Source of the DNA: an uncultured candidate division Zixibacteria bacterium
GTDB taxonomy: Bacteria > Zixibacteria > MSB-5A5 > GN15 > FEB-12
Assembly: GCA_963806185.1 (NCBI GenBank)
Contig: CAWDXE010000006.1
Coordinates: 9,095 to 73,094, forward strand
Direction of reading: 5' to 3'
DNA: 64,000 nucleotides
Each line of letters starts with the position of its first letter. Position 1 is the first letter of the stretch. Below the pieces are notes generated by a model. The model had not been told where the DNA came from. It did not search any database and saw only the letters and a program-made list of their open reading frames with translations. Below, in pieces: positions 47,066 through 57,824 of the stretch. The position numbers were made by a program, and so were the translations under genes.

Positions 47066-48568
47066 GTGCCCCAGTTGCAAGTCAAACAATTCGCCAGCGC
47101 CAGGACATTAGGCTACTTGCTCTTGTTTGGCGGCTCGATCTTGCTTGCCCTGGTCGGACTTTACACGGATTTTCTGATCCCGATCGGCCTGGTCATCGGC
47201 GTGCTCGCCCTGGTGCTGGTGATACGGAAGCCGTTTTGGGGCTTTATCATCTATCTCATCTTCTTTTTCCTGCGCCCGGCTGACCTGATCCCCGCGCTGG
47301 GTATCGTTCGCTTCCAGGCCCTGCTTCTGGCTCTGCTGGCGTCGTTGTGGGTCTATCGCGATTTCATTCGCGATCGCAAATCCTTCATCCTGCAGAAGAT
47401 CGATTACGCCATGCTCGCCTTCCTCGGCGCCATGTACATGTCGATGTTCACCACTATTTACGTCGCTGACTCACTTACCGTGCTCATCGATTTCACGCAG
47501 TTTGTCGCCTTCTACTTTCTGGCTGCATACATGCTGGATGATGAGCGCGATCTGAAGACCGTCATCGTTACCATCATCCTCTGCATGCTATTTGTCTGTC
47601 TCATCCAGATCTGGTCCTACTTCACGATCGGCCTCACGCCCACCACCGGTCTCGGCGGTTATGGCATTCACATCGGCCCGATCCACCTGTCCGCCGGACG
47701 CCCACTGGCCCCGCCCTCCGACAATGTCCAGGGGGTCGGCGGCTATTCGGCAGGATTCCTCGCCAACGCATCCGAATTGGGGCTGGGTATTCTCGTTACC
47801 TTTCCCTTCGTCTATTACCTCTTCAGTACGGCCGTCTCACGTGTATTCAAGTCTGTTCTTCTCGGAACGATGGGCGTCATGCTGGCCTCGCTCGTCTTCA
47901 CCGGATCGCGCGGCGCGGTCGTCGGCCTGGCGGCGGTGTTTCTCGTCATCTTCCTGAAGAGCCGGCAAAAATTGATACTGGCTCTCTCTGCCTGTGTCGT
48001 GCTGGCATTGACAATTCCCCTGCTCCCCGATCGCTACATCAGCCGTGTCGAGAGTACCACCAGCGGTGAAGACGAATCCGCCAATATTCGTCTCACCTTG
48101 TGGACCGCCGGAGTGCATATGGTCATGGATCGTCCGCTGTTCGGCGTAGGCGTGAACAATTTCCCGAATGCGTACGGTGCCAAATATCGGCCGGCCGGCT
48201 CGCCCGCGTTGTATTGGGCACCGCATAACAATTTCGTTCAGGCGGCCACTGAAATGGGTCTGGTGGGTCTGACTGCATTTGTAATTATTTTTGTGGTGAT
48301 CTATAAAGAAAACCGGCGCAATCGGCAGTTTTTGCGGCGTCTCCGCGGGAGAAACAAGTTCCTCGACGCCGTCACTCAGGCGATCGACGTCGCCGTCATC
48401 GGGTATGCCGTCGCAGGCAGTTTCATCACCAGCACCTACTACCCGCATCTGTATCTGCTGGCCTTGATGGGACGTACGGTGTCCAAATCGATCGCCAACA
48501 GGTACTCGGAAGCCGATCTGGAACCAGAACCTCAGAGCAAACAGCTCCCCTCACCGGCTAATGCGTAA
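47066..48568 (+). CDS. wzy: O-antigen ligase/polymerase-like membrane protein (Wzy family)
   Basis: 500 aa with more than 10 TM segments. GSRGAVVGLAAVFLVIFL (Wzy_C-like loop). Periplasmic loop with HNNFVQAATEMG. Confidence 0.75.
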   Translation: MPQLQVKQFASARTLGYLLLFGGSILLALVGLYTDFLIPIGLVIGVLALVLVIRKPFWGFIIYLIFFFLRPADLIPALGIVRFQALLLALLASLWVYRDFIRDRKSFILQKIDYAMLAFLGAMYMSMFTTIYVADSLTVLIDFTQFVAFYFLAAYMLDDERDLKTVIVTIILCMLFVCLIQIWSYFTIGLTPTTGLGGYGIHIGPIHLSAGRPLAPPSDNVQGVGGYSAGFLANASELGLGILVTFPFVYYLFSTAVSRVFKSVLLGTMGVMLASLVFTGSRGAVVGLAAVFLVIFLKSRQKLILALSACVVLALTIPLLPDRYISRVESTTSGEDESANIRLTLWTAGVHMVMDRPLFGVGVNNFPNAYGAKYRPAGSPALYWAPHNNFVQAATEMGLVGLTAFVIIFVVIYKENRRNRQFLRRLRGRNKFLDAVTQAIDVAVIGYAVAGSFITSTYYPHLYLLALMGRTVSKSIANRYSEADLEPEPQSKQLPSPANA

Positions 48569-48576
48569 GAAAGAAA

Positions 48577-49662
48577 GTGAATCTGATGGATACATCGCCC
48601 GCCGACAATGACAACTCCCAGCTTCTCAGCCGCGTCGGTCATAATATTGAACCATGCACTGACCACGCGCAGTGGGACACCTTTGTCACCGGGAATCCCT
48701 CCGCGACCCTTTACCACCTCTGGTGCTGGGGTGAGATCATTCAGGAAGCGCTCGGCCATCCTCCTACCCGGTTGATGGCAGGTGACGACGGCAATATTCG
48801 GGGTGTCCTTCCTCTTGTGCATATTCAGAGCAGGATATTCGGTTCTTCCCTCATCTCCATGCCCTTTCTCAATTACGGAGGAGTCGTGGCCGCCTCGCCG
48901 GACACTCGGGAAGCGCTGTACCGGCACGCCATCGACATGGCCAGGGAAAGAAACGTCTCGTTCCTCGAACTTCGCAACACCCAACCTGCCGAATCCACTC
49001 ATCCGGTGAAGCTCGAGAAGGCCACCTTCATCATGCCGCTGACCGGCGACGAAGAATCGACATTGGCCACACTTCGCAAGGCCACCAGAAACCGGCTGCG
49101 GAAAATGCTCGAGTACAATCTCGAAATCCGCCGGGGCGGCTTGGACATTCTCGACGATTTCTATCACGGCTTTTCCATCGCCATGAAAGAGCACGGAACG
49201 CCCGTACTTCCCAAACAGTTTTTCCGAAGCGTGGTCAATCACTTCGGCGACCGGGCCGAGTTCTACGTTGCCTGCAAAGACGGCAAGATTGCCGGCGCAA
49301 AACTGACCATCGTCTTCCGCGACACCCTTTACTCCATCTGGGGCGGCTACCCAAAAGAGTTCCGCAACACCCTGGCCAATTACCTTCTGTCATGGGAAGC
49401 GGTACGACAGGCTATCAATAGGAAGATCAAATTCGTAGATTTTGGCAGATCAAATATCGAGTCCGGCCCGGCCGATTTCAAACGCCACTTCGGTTGCGAG
49501 CAGTTCCAGCTATACTGGGAGTATCCCTATCTTCCTTCCGGGAAACTGCCGGCGCTAAACCCGCAGAATGCGAAATACCAGACTGCCATCGCCATCTGGC
49601 GGAAGCTACCGTTGAGCGTGACCACCCTGGTCGGACCACACTTGTCCAGGAGACTGCCGTAA
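48577..49662 (+). CDS. FemAB-related GNAT protein (type associated with PEP-CTERM/EPS loci)
   Basis: 361 aa. Duplicated GNAT-like lobes. FKRHFG near the C-terminus. The start could be GTG 48577 or ATG 48586. Confidence 0.7.
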   Translation: MNLMDTSPADNDNSQLLSRVGHNIEPCTDHAQWDTFVTGNPSATLYHLWCWGEIIQEALGHPPTRLMAGDDGNIRGVLPLVHIQSRIFGSSLISMPFLNYGGVVAASPDTREALYRHAIDMARERNVSFLELRNTQPAESTHPVKLEKATFIMPLTGDEESTLATLRKATRNRLRKMLEYNLEIRRGGLDILDDFYHGFSIAMKEHGTPVLPKQFFRSVVNHFGDRAEFYVACKDGKIAGAKLTIVFRDTLYSIWGGYPKEFRNTLANYLLSWEAVRQAINRKIKFVDFGRSNIESGPADFKRHFGCEQFQLYWEYPYLPSGKLPALNPQNAKYQTAIAIWRKLPLSVTTLVGPHLSRRLP

Positions 49663-49672
49663 CTGAGGCGCC

Positions 49673-50899
49673 ATGGCGGGATCATCCTTTCGAAAAATCT
49701 CTCCGGCCGGTACTCGACTCCGGGCCGGCGATATCCTCCACGCCGCCTCGCGCGTAGGCTATGACCCACGGGTTGATGAACGTGTCTGCCGCCTTCTCGC
49801 CGACCGCTTTGCCGTGCGTCATTCGTTGCTGACAAATTCCGGCCGCGCCGCGCTCACCGTCATTCTGCAAGCACTGGCTCAAGGCGACTCCCGCAACGAG
49901 GTTATTCTCCCCGGCTACACCTGCTTCACCGTCGCCGCGTCAGTCCGACGTGCCGGTCTCAAAGTACAACTGGTGGATCTGAAACCCGACTCTCTCGATT
50001 ACGATCAGGCTGATCTCGAACGCAAAATCTCTCCCCGAACACTCGCCATTGTGGCGATCTACCCATTTAATCTGACTATCGATATTGAATCGTTACAGCA
50101 GGTCGCCCGGAGAAATGGCGTCTATCTCATCGAGGACGCCGCCCAGGCGATCGGCCTGACCGTCGGTGGCAAATCAGCCGGGACAATTGGCGACGTCGGT
50201 TTTTTCAGCCTGAGCAAGGGGAAGCCGATCACCACCATGTCCGGCGGAATCATTGTTACAAACCGTGACAATCTAGCCGTCCGGATGGCCGAAATTCTGG
50301 ATGGATTACCGCGGCCGGGAGCGGCGAAAAATCTGAAAGTTCTTGTTACTTCGCTGGCGATGAAGGCATTGATTAATCCTCGACTATATTGGCTGGTTGA
50401 CCATATCCCCGGCGTGACTTTGGGCGAAACGGTTTATCGCCCGTCCTTTGCGATGTCTCGGATGCCGACAGCGTCGGCACTGCTGCTCGAGCATCTGCTG
50501 CCGCGCGTGGCGCCGATCAATCAGGATCGAGCTTCGAACGCTGCACGCTGGATCGGGTTACTGGCCGGGCGGGGCGGAGTGTCCGTCGTCGCGGGCCACC
50601 ACACCGATGAGAGTCTCTATCTGCGGCTGCCGCTGTTGTGTCGATCCAAAGCGCACCGCGAAAGGTTGTTTGAGGTTTTGAAGTCCCTTGGCGCAAGTCG
50701 CATGTATGGCGAACCGTTGGAAGTCATCGACGATGCCGACCTGTTTTCTCCGGACGTGCAGCCGTGCCCGCAGGCACGCAGTTTTGCCGATCGACTGCTC
50801 ACGCTGCCAACCCATGAGTATGTTAACGACGACGATATGGCGACGACTATCCGTTTGCTCGATACCGTCGCGCCGCAGGTGACTGTCGATCATGAATAA
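49673..50899 (+). CDS. DegT/DnrJ/EryC1/StrS family sugar aminotransferase
   Basis: 408 aa. LIEDAAQAIG and FFSLSKGKPITT (PLP lysine). Confidence 0.85.
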   Translation: MAGSSFRKISPAGTRLRAGDILHAASRVGYDPRVDERVCRLLADRFAVRHSLLTNSGRAALTVILQALAQGDSRNEVILPGYTCFTVAASVRRAGLKVQLVDLKPDSLDYDQADLERKISPRTLAIVAIYPFNLTIDIESLQQVARRNGVYLIEDAAQAIGLTVGGKSAGTIGDVGFFSLSKGKPITTMSGGIIVTNRDNLAVRMAEILDGLPRPGAAKNLKVLVTSLAMKALINPRLYWLVDHIPGVTLGETVYRPSFAMSRMPTASALLLEHLLPRVAPINQDRASNAARWIGLLAGRGGVSVVAGHHTDESLYLRLPLLCRSKAHRERLFEVLKSLGASRMYGEPLEVIDDADLFSPDVQPCPQARSFADRLLTLPTHEYVNDDDMATTIRLLDTVAPQVTVDHE

Positions 50900-52016
50900 A
50901 GTCCGCATCCTGCAATTGATTGAGGATACCGGCGCCGTCGGCGGCGCCGAGAAGCTGGTATGCGATCTGGCCCGTTTCCTGAGTCCCGAACGATTCACCA
51001 GCCTGATTGCCATTGTCGGTCGCCCCGATGCCAATATGCCGTACGAGCAGACCGGCAGCGAAGTCGTCTATATTGAGCCGTCGCCCAATCTCAGCCCCAA
51101 GCTGATCCGGCAGATTTGCCGAGTGGTCGGCACCAGGGATATCAGTCTCGTTCACTCTCATCTGATCCGGATGAATACGCACAATGCCCTCGCCTCGGTC
51201 TGGCATCGTCGACCGACGGTTGGCTCGATTCACGGCATTCTGCCCTACGAGACCACCAGTTCCGCCCGTCTCTACACCAAGCTCGCCACCTGGCTCAATG
51301 ACCGAACCGTCGTGGTGTCCGAGCCGCTGCGCCGGGAATTCCTGCGCATCTACGGCGGCAATTCCAGAAAGATCGTGACCATTCACAACGGCTTCGATCA
51401 CACGCGCTTCGAGACACCCATCTCACCCGAAAGCCAGGCCGAATTCCGCCGCCAGTTCCTGCCGGGTGATAATTCACCCGTGATCTGTGCCGTGGGCAAT
51501 TTAAAGGAAGTCAAGGGGTACCGCTACCTTGTCGACGCGGTCGCGTTGCTGAAGGTGAAGTTTCCGCGCATTCATCTGCTGATCGCCGGCAACACCATGC
51601 GCCTGCGCGACCTGGGCTTGATCGATCAAGTAGCCACGCTCGGGCTCGAACCGCACGTGACCTTCCTCGGTGAATTCAACAACATCAGCCTGCTCTTCTC
51701 CGTCTCCGATCTCTACGTCTGTTCGTCTTTGCACGAGGGATTTTCGCTGACCACGGTCGAGGCGATGGCCGCGGGATTGCCCGTCGTCGTCACCGATAGC
51801 GGCGGTCCGGCGGACATTGTCGAACCCGGGAAGAGCGGCATACTGGTTCCGACGGCGAATGTCGGCGCCCTGGCCGACGCCGTCACGACGGTCGTGCAGG
51901 ATAAAGATCTCGCTCGAGCGATGGGCTGTTACGGCAAACGCGTGGCCTACGAACGCTTTTCCATGAACAGCTTTATCAGTCGGCACGAAACGCTTTATCA
52001 AGAGTTGGTCGGCTGA
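50892..52016 (+). CDS. glycosyltransferase family 4
   Basis: 374 aa. C-terminal SSLHEGFSLTTVEAMAAGLPVVVTDSGG (E-x7-E region). Confidence 0.85.
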   Translation: MNKVRILQLIEDTGAVGGAEKLVCDLARFLSPERFTSLIAIVGRPDANMPYEQTGSEVVYIEPSPNLSPKLIRQICRVVGTRDISLVHSHLIRMNTHNALASVWHRRPTVGSIHGILPYETTSSARLYTKLATWLNDRTVVVSEPLRREFLRIYGGNSRKIVTIHNGFDHTRFETPISPESQAEFRRQFLPGDNSPVICAVGNLKEVKGYRYLVDAVALLKVKFPRIHLLIAGNTMRLRDLGLIDQVATLGLEPHVTFLGEFNNISLLFSVSDLYVCSSLHEGFSLTTVEAMAAGLPVVVTDSGGPADIVEPGKSGILVPTANVGALADAVTTVVQDKDLARAMGCYGKRVAYERFSMNSFISRHETLYQELVG

Positions 52017-52019
52017 GCG

Positions 52020-53144
52020 ATGAGCATCCCCATCGTGCATCTGCGCAGCACCTTCCAGGTCGGCGGTCCTGAAAAGTTGATCCTCTCCGGCATTCAGCAT
52101 ATGCAGGGAGACGATTTCACTTTTACCCTTTCGTCCTTCTCCCTGCCTGCCCGACCGAATCGGTTTGCCGAGTACGCCTCGTCCCTGGGCATCCCCGTGG
52201 TCCAGATTGCGGTCAATGGCTCCTTCGACCGCCGCGCCTTGGACGGCGTGCGCCGGCTGGTCGAAAACACCGGCGCCAGACTGCTGGTCGTTCACGACTA
52301 CCGCGCCGTCATCATCGCGCTCATGGCCGGCCTTCGCCTCAAGGTACCGATCATGGCCGTTGCTCACGGCTGGACCTCCCAGAGCCTCCGCGTACGGATG
52401 TACGAATACATCGAGCGCTTCGCCCTTCGCCGCGTCGACGCCGTCGTGGCCGTGTCCAAACCCAAGTTTCAGGAGCTGCTCAAGATTGGTGTGGCCGAAA
52501 GCCGGCTCACCCTGATCGAAAACGGGGTCGAGATTCCTCCGCGTGAAAAGATGGCGCGCGATACCCGTCTCAAAGACGATTTGGGCCTCCCCCATGACAC
52601 CCTGCTCATCGGGAGTGTGGGCCGCCTCAGCCCAGAGAAGGGGCACCGCTTTCTGGTCGATGCCGCCACGCGGCTCGCGCCGGCCAACCCCAACGCTCGG
52701 TTTGTTATTTTCGGCGAGGGCCCGCTCCGCAGCTCCCTGCTCGCTCAGATTCGACGGGCCGGTCTCGACCATCTCTTCTTCCTTCCCGGCTGGCGTACCG
52801 ATATGGAAAACGTCTATCGCGGCCTCGACCTCTTCGCCCTCCCGTCACTCACCGAAGGACTTCCGATGGCGTTGCTCGAAGCCATGTCCTTCGGCCTGCC
52901 TTCGGTGGCGACCACCGTCGGCGGCTGCCCCGATGTGATTGAAGATCATGTCTCGGGCTTTCTGGTGCCGCCCTCCAGTGTCTCAGCTCTGACCGACGCC
53001 CTGGGCCAGTTGCTCGTCGATGAACCGCTGCGCGATCGTATGACCGATTCGGCCTACGACCGCATCGCCGACCGGTACAGCATGACTCGGTATGCGTCGC
53101 AATTCGCCGCGTTATATCACCAATTGGCGGGAGGTGACCGGTGA
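52020..53144 (+). CDS. glycosyltransferase family 4
   Basis: 374 aa. PSLTEGLPMALLEAMSFGLPSVATTVGG. Confidence 0.85.
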   Translation: MSIPIVHLRSTFQVGGPEKLILSGIQHMQGDDFTFTLSSFSLPARPNRFAEYASSLGIPVVQIAVNGSFDRRALDGVRRLVENTGARLLVVHDYRAVIIALMAGLRLKVPIMAVAHGWTSQSLRVRMYEYIERFALRRVDAVVAVSKPKFQELLKIGVAESRLTLIENGVEIPPREKMARDTRLKDDLGLPHDTLLIGSVGRLSPEKGHRFLVDAATRLAPANPNARFVIFGEGPLRSSLLAQIRRAGLDHLFFLPGWRTDMENVYRGLDLFALPSLTEGLPMALLEAMSFGLPSVATTVGGCPDVIEDHVSGFLVPPSSVSALTDALGQLLVDEPLRDRMTDSAYDRIADRYSMTRYASQFAALYHQLAGGDR

Positions 53145-54352
53145 AACTCATCTTTCTCACCGGCGACATCCCCTGGCCGCCGTTCACCGGCGCCAAATTA
53201 CGTACGTATAATCTGCTCAGGCACCTGAGCACCGAGCACGAGATTATCCTCATCACCATGCTGACCAGCCGCGACGATCAGCCGCGCGTCGACCATATGA
53301 AGAGTCTCGGCACCCGAGTGGAACACATCTGGAAACCGCCGCAGCCGGGCTGGTCGTTTGCGACGGGTATCGCCAAAAACCTGGCGTCACCCAATCCGTT
53401 CATTGTCGACAAGCACTACTGTCAACCATATGTTGATCTCGTACGATCGGTGGTCGCTCGCGAGAAGGTCGATCTCATTCATTGCGATTCCATTTCGCTC
53501 GCGCTGGGCATCTGGGATATTGAATCGGTTCCCACTCTTCTTACCGAGCACAACATGGAGGCCATCATCTGGCGGCGGTATTACGAGGAAGAACGTAATC
53601 CACTGAAACGCTGGTACATCAAAATGCAGGCGGAGCGGGTGCACTCGTTCGAACAACGCGCCTGCAAGCAGTTCGACCTCATCGTCGCTGTCTCCGATGA
53701 CGACAAGCGGCGCCTCGAGACAGAGTACCAGGCCGACAATGTCGTGGTCGTCCCGAATGGCGTCGACACGGAATATTTCACTTCCGCCGCGATACCCGAG
53801 GAGCCCAATCGCCTGGTCTTCACCGGCTCCATGGACTGGCGCCCCAATCAGGATGCGCTTCTCTATTTCTATCGCGAAATTTGGCCGCTCATCGTCGCCG
53901 AAAAACCGAATACGGAACTCTGGCTGGTCGGCCGCCGACCTCCGTCGTCTCTCACCGCGCTGGCCAGGGCCGATCGACGAATTCACGTCACCGGGCAGGT
54001 GGATGATGTCCGCCCGTATATTGATGCTGCCCCTGTCTATATCGTGCCGCTTCGCATTGGCGGCGGCAGTCGCTTGAAGATTCTCGAGGCACTGTCCATG
54101 AAGAAAGCGATTGTCTCCACCTCGATCGGCGCCGAGGGTCTGCATGTTGAACACGACCGGCATCTGATTCTCGCCGACACGCCACAGGCCTTCGCCGCTC
54201 AGGCCCTGCGCCTGCTCGACGATCCGACGACACGACGCCGGCTGGGCGAGACCGGTCGCGCCATGGTCATCAAGGATTACGATTGGGAGCGCATCGCGCA
54301 AATTCAGGTCCAGGCATGGCAACAAGCCGTGCGCGCCGGGGGAAAGCGATGA
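53141..54352 (+). CDS. glycosyltransferase family 4 (EPS-locus sugar transferase type)
   Basis: 403 aa. GTG after GGAGG. MKLIFLTGDIPWPPFTGAKLRTYNLLRHL. GGGSRLKILEALSMKKAIVST. Confidence 0.85.
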   Translation: MKLIFLTGDIPWPPFTGAKLRTYNLLRHLSTEHEIILITMLTSRDDQPRVDHMKSLGTRVEHIWKPPQPGWSFATGIAKNLASPNPFIVDKHYCQPYVDLVRSVVAREKVDLIHCDSISLALGIWDIESVPTLLTEHNMEAIIWRRYYEEERNPLKRWYIKMQAERVHSFEQRACKQFDLIVAVSDDDKRRLETEYQADNVVVVPNGVDTEYFTSAAIPEEPNRLVFTGSMDWRPNQDALLYFYREIWPLIVAEKPNTELWLVGRRPPSSLTALARADRRIHVTGQVDDVRPYIDAAPVYIVPLRIGGGSRLKILEALSMKKAIVSTSIGAEGLHVEHDRHLILADTPQAFAAQALRLLDDPTTRRRLGETGRAMVIKDYDWERIAQIQVQAWQQAVRAGGKR

Positions 54353-55485
54353 CCGAGAGCTTGTTTATCGTTTCCGTACTCCTGATTGTCTACACGTACG
54401 CGGGGTATCCGATTTTTCTCAAACTTCTTCCCCGCCGCCCCTTCACACCGGGCGACCGCTTCACGCCGCCCGTGACCATCGTGTTGTCGGTTTTCCGAGG
54501 AGTCGATGTTATCGAGAAGAAACTGCGCAACACCTTCGCCACCGACTACCCTCAGGACAGGCTGGAATTGATCGTCATCTGTGACGGCTCCGATGACGGC
54601 ACCGACAAGAAAGTGGCATCGTTCGGTGATCCGCGCGTCAAACTGATTCGTCAAAACCCGCGCCAGGGAAAAACCGCCGCGCAGAAGAAGGCGGTCGTAT
54701 CGGCCTCGCACGACCTGCTCATCTTCACCGATTTGACCACCATGCTCGATCCCGATTCTATCCCGCACCTGGTTGCCCCGCTGGCCGACCCGGCTATCGG
54801 CCTGGTGTCGAGCGAAGACATTTGGGTCACGGCCGACGGCGCATCGTCACAGTCCGGGCAGGGGGCATATGTAAAATATGAAATGTGGCTGCGCGACCGC
54901 GAATCGGCCGTCAATTCGATTGTTTCCGCCTCGGGCTGTTTCTACGCCGTGCGCAGGGAGTTCTTCGAGCCGATCCCCGACTATCTCATTGACGACACCG
55001 TGATACCCATGACCGTCGTCCAGCACGGCTCGCGCTGCATTCACGAAAAGCGGGCCGTGTCGTACGTGCCGATGATTCCGTCCGCCGACCGCGAGTTTCC
55101 CCGCCGCGCTCGTATGGCGCTCGGCGGCATTAACGCGCTTATGTACAAGGCGCGATTGCTTAACCCCCTGGCCTACGGACTGTACGCTCTCCAGCTCTGG
55201 AGCCACAAACTCCTTCGCTGGCTGGTGCCGGTGTTCATGCTGGTCGCTTTCCTGGCCAACGCACAGCTCGCCGCTCTGTCGCCCGCCTGGGGACTTCTGT
55301 TCTTCGCCCAGGGCTGCTTCTACCTCAGCGCTCTGTACGGGTATTCGCGACGCGAGAGTGACAACCAGCCAAAGATCGTCAAACTGATATACTTCTTTGT
55401 TTCCTCAAATCTCGCCTTGCTGTATGCCTGGTGGCAGTTTTTCACCCATCGCAGGCAAACTACCTGGACGGAGTCGCGAGGATGA
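54349..55485 (+). CDS. glycosyltransferase family 2 (membrane-anchored, processive-type architecture)
   Basis: ATGA overlap at 54349-54352. N-terminal TM, VICDGSDDGTD, FTDLTT, and C-terminal TM bundle. Confidence 0.8.
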   Translation: MTESLFIVSVLLIVYTYAGYPIFLKLLPRRPFTPGDRFTPPVTIVLSVFRGVDVIEKKLRNTFATDYPQDRLELIVICDGSDDGTDKKVASFGDPRVKLIRQNPRQGKTAAQKKAVVSASHDLLIFTDLTTMLDPDSIPHLVAPLADPAIGLVSSEDIWVTADGASSQSGQGAYVKYEMWLRDRESAVNSIVSASGCFYAVRREFFEPIPDYLIDDTVIPMTVVQHGSRCIHEKRAVSYVPMIPSADREFPRRARMALGGINALMYKARLLNPLAYGLYALQLWSHKLLRWLVPVFMLVAFLANAQLAALSPAWGLLFFAQGCFYLSALYGYSRRESDNQPKIVKLIYFFVSSNLALLYAWWQFFTHRRQTTWTESRG

Positions 55486-56249
55486 CCACACCCCTGGCCC
55501 AGCTTCCCATCCTCGTCTACCACTACTTTGGCGTTGATCGCACGGTGCAGACCGGCATCAAGCCGGAGGACATTGCATATATCACGCCGGTTCAGCTTTT
55601 CCGCACGCATCTCGAATTCCTCGCCAACGAAGGGTATCAGCCCGTATCGTTCCAGCACGTTGCGGAATCGCTCACGTCGACCACCGGCCTTCCGTCCAAG
55701 CCAATGGTGATAACCATCGACGACGGCCATCAGAGCGTTGCCCGCTTTGCCCTACCGTTGCTCGCCGAGTTCGGCTTTTCATCAGAACTGTTTGTCATAC
55801 CCTCGCGCGTGGGTCAGCCGGGGTACCTGGACTGGGATACGCTCGGCAAGCTGTCGCAATCGGGTATGGCGGTTCAGTCGCACGGCCTCACTCATCGCTA
55901 TTTGACAAAACTTACGCCGGAAGAAGTCCGCTACGAATTGAGCGAATCCAAACGGCTCATCGACCTGAACATCGGTAAACAAACACTCGCGCTTGCCGTG
56001 CCGATGGGACGGTACCCCGAAGGTCTCAATCGCGAACTCTCCGATGTCGGCTACAAAATCGGCTGTACGTCGACGTATGGCCTCAACCGGAATCTCACTT
56101 CGTTGCTGGCGCTCGAGCGCATCATGATCAAAGCCCCCAACGATACGGTCGAAGCTCTCGGCAGATTGCTGAACGACACCACCGCGCTCGCCTGGCAGAT
56201 GCGCCTGCGCAATCTGGCCAAGCGCTGGCGCAACCGCCTGATCGGCTGA
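55482..56249 (+). CDS. polysaccharide deacetylase (NodB homology domain)
   Basis: ATGA overlap at 55482-55485. ILVYHYF, VITIDDGHQS and VQSHGLTH motifs. Confidence 0.8.
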   Translation: MTTPLAQLPILVYHYFGVDRTVQTGIKPEDIAYITPVQLFRTHLEFLANEGYQPVSFQHVAESLTSTTGLPSKPMVITIDDGHQSVARFALPLLAEFGFSSELFVIPSRVGQPGYLDWDTLGKLSQSGMAVQSHGLTHRYLTKLTPEEVRYELSESKRLIDLNIGKQTLALAVPMGRYPEGLNRELSDVGYKIGCTSTYGLNRNLTSLLALERIMIKAPNDTVEALGRLLNDTTALAWQMRLRNLAKRWRNRLIG

Positions 56250-56365
56250 ACGCCGCTTCCTTTTTCATTGTGTAAGCTCGTGCGGCGTGCTACCTTATAA
56301 ATACAACCGGCAGGCATTTCGTTTGAGCACGGGCATCGAGCTGCCGGTCTTTCATTATCAGGGAG

Positions 56366-57658
56366 ATGGGAAATTTGGTTAACCGCCAGGCAGTTTTTCT
56401 GCGCATCCTGCGCACGCGGCTGAAATACAGCCCCGCTGTCAATGAACTCTTCGGCATGGGACTGACCTTGGTCGGCATACTGTACCTGCCGTTCAATCGC
56501 ACCAAAGCGGCCGGATCGCTCATGCGCGCCCATCGCAACAGCCGTAACATGCGCACTCAAAAATTCCTCGAATTCCTGCTCACCCGGTTCAATCTGTACA
56601 ATCCCGACATCCTCGACCGCCTGGTCGAGGAGCGCTACGTCGAATCACCGCTGGTCCCCAGTCGTTGCCTCAAGCTGAAGGAGAAGCTGGACGACGAAAA
56701 GGGGGTCATCATTATGAAATTCAACGACACCTTCACCGCCCTTCGCCGCGTCGTTGATATGGACAGTTTGCTGGCCGACTATACGCTCTGCCTGGAGCTT
56801 TCGTACTACGGCTGCTGCAATCCGCAGATTTTGCAGTTCATGCGCTACAGGGACCATCATGTCGTGGTCGGAGCCGTACAGGAACTGGAGCGCGCCTATC
56901 TTCATCGGTTGACCGGTAATTTGGTTCGGGCGGATTACAACAGCTCCACCTGGGTCGATGAACGGCTGTTTACGCCCATGTCGCTGCCAAAGGAATACGA
57001 TTGTATCGTGGTCGCCATGTGGGACGATATCAAACGCCACTATCTGCTCTTCGAGGCTATAGCCGAACTCAATGATCCCACCTATCGCGCCTGTGTCGTC
57101 GGCTTCACCCTGCACGAACCCCGCGAACGTATCGACGAGTTGATCGACTACTACGGCATTCGCCAAAATGTCATCATCTTCGAACGACAGAAACAGCCAC
57201 AGGTGAATATCCTCCTGAATAAATCAAAGGTAAATCTCCTGCTCTCGTTCAAGGAAGGCGGGAACAAGAGTATCATCGAAGGTTTCTTCGCCGACGTCCC
57301 CGGTATCGTCCTCAGCGAACATATCGGTATTGATCTTGATTGGATCAACGATCAGACCGGCCGGCTGGTGGACAAACGGCGATTGGCCGAGTCGCTGCAA
57401 TGGTTCAGGACCGACTACGCGCGCTTCCATCCGCGGAAGTGGGCGCTGGAGCATATCTCCTGCGCCGCCTCCACCGCCAAGCTCGAATCTACTCTTCGGG
57501 AAATCGCAAAACGTGAGGGCCGCCCCTGGACACGGCCGTTGGCGGTGAAGATTAACGTGCCGGAATGCGATTACTACGACCCGGCCGGGCAACTCGCGCC
57601 GCTCGATCTCTCCCGGTATCGCCGACCAGCGATCACCGGCCACTCCCCGGTCGCTTGA
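56366..57658 (+). CDS. hypothetical protein, possibly a divergent GT-B glycosyltransferase
   Basis: 430 aa. Only a weak GT1/GT4-like C-terminal pattern (LLLSFKEGGNKSIIEGFFADVPGIV). The start is uncertain. Confidence 0.45.
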   Translation: MGNLVNRQAVFLRILRTRLKYSPAVNELFGMGLTLVGILYLPFNRTKAAGSLMRAHRNSRNMRTQKFLEFLLTRFNLYNPDILDRLVEERYVESPLVPSRCLKLKEKLDDEKGVIIMKFNDTFTALRRVVDMDSLLADYTLCLELSYYGCCNPQILQFMRYRDHHVVVGAVQELERAYLHRLTGNLVRADYNSSTWVDERLFTPMSLPKEYDCIVVAMWDDIKRHYLLFEAIAELNDPTYRACVVGFTLHEPRERIDELIDYYGIRQNVIIFERQKQPQVNILLNKSKVNLLLSFKEGGNKSIIEGFFADVPGIVLSEHIGIDLDWINDQTGRLVDKRRLAESLQWFRTDYARFHPRKWALEHISCAASTAKLESTLREIAKREGRPWTRPLAVKINVPECDYYDPAGQLAPLDLSRYRRPAITGHSPVA

Positions 57659-57824
57659 ACCCGTACCGGGCGATCTCTTGCTTGACGGCGACACGAATTT
57701 TGCGCACATTCTCCCAGCCGGAACGCGCGCATCGTCCGGCGTTTCGGCCAATACGCAGGATTTGCCGGAAGACGCTCCCCTTTTCGTATGATTCCGGACT
57801 GCGCCAGGTTAAGGATCGTCTTTA

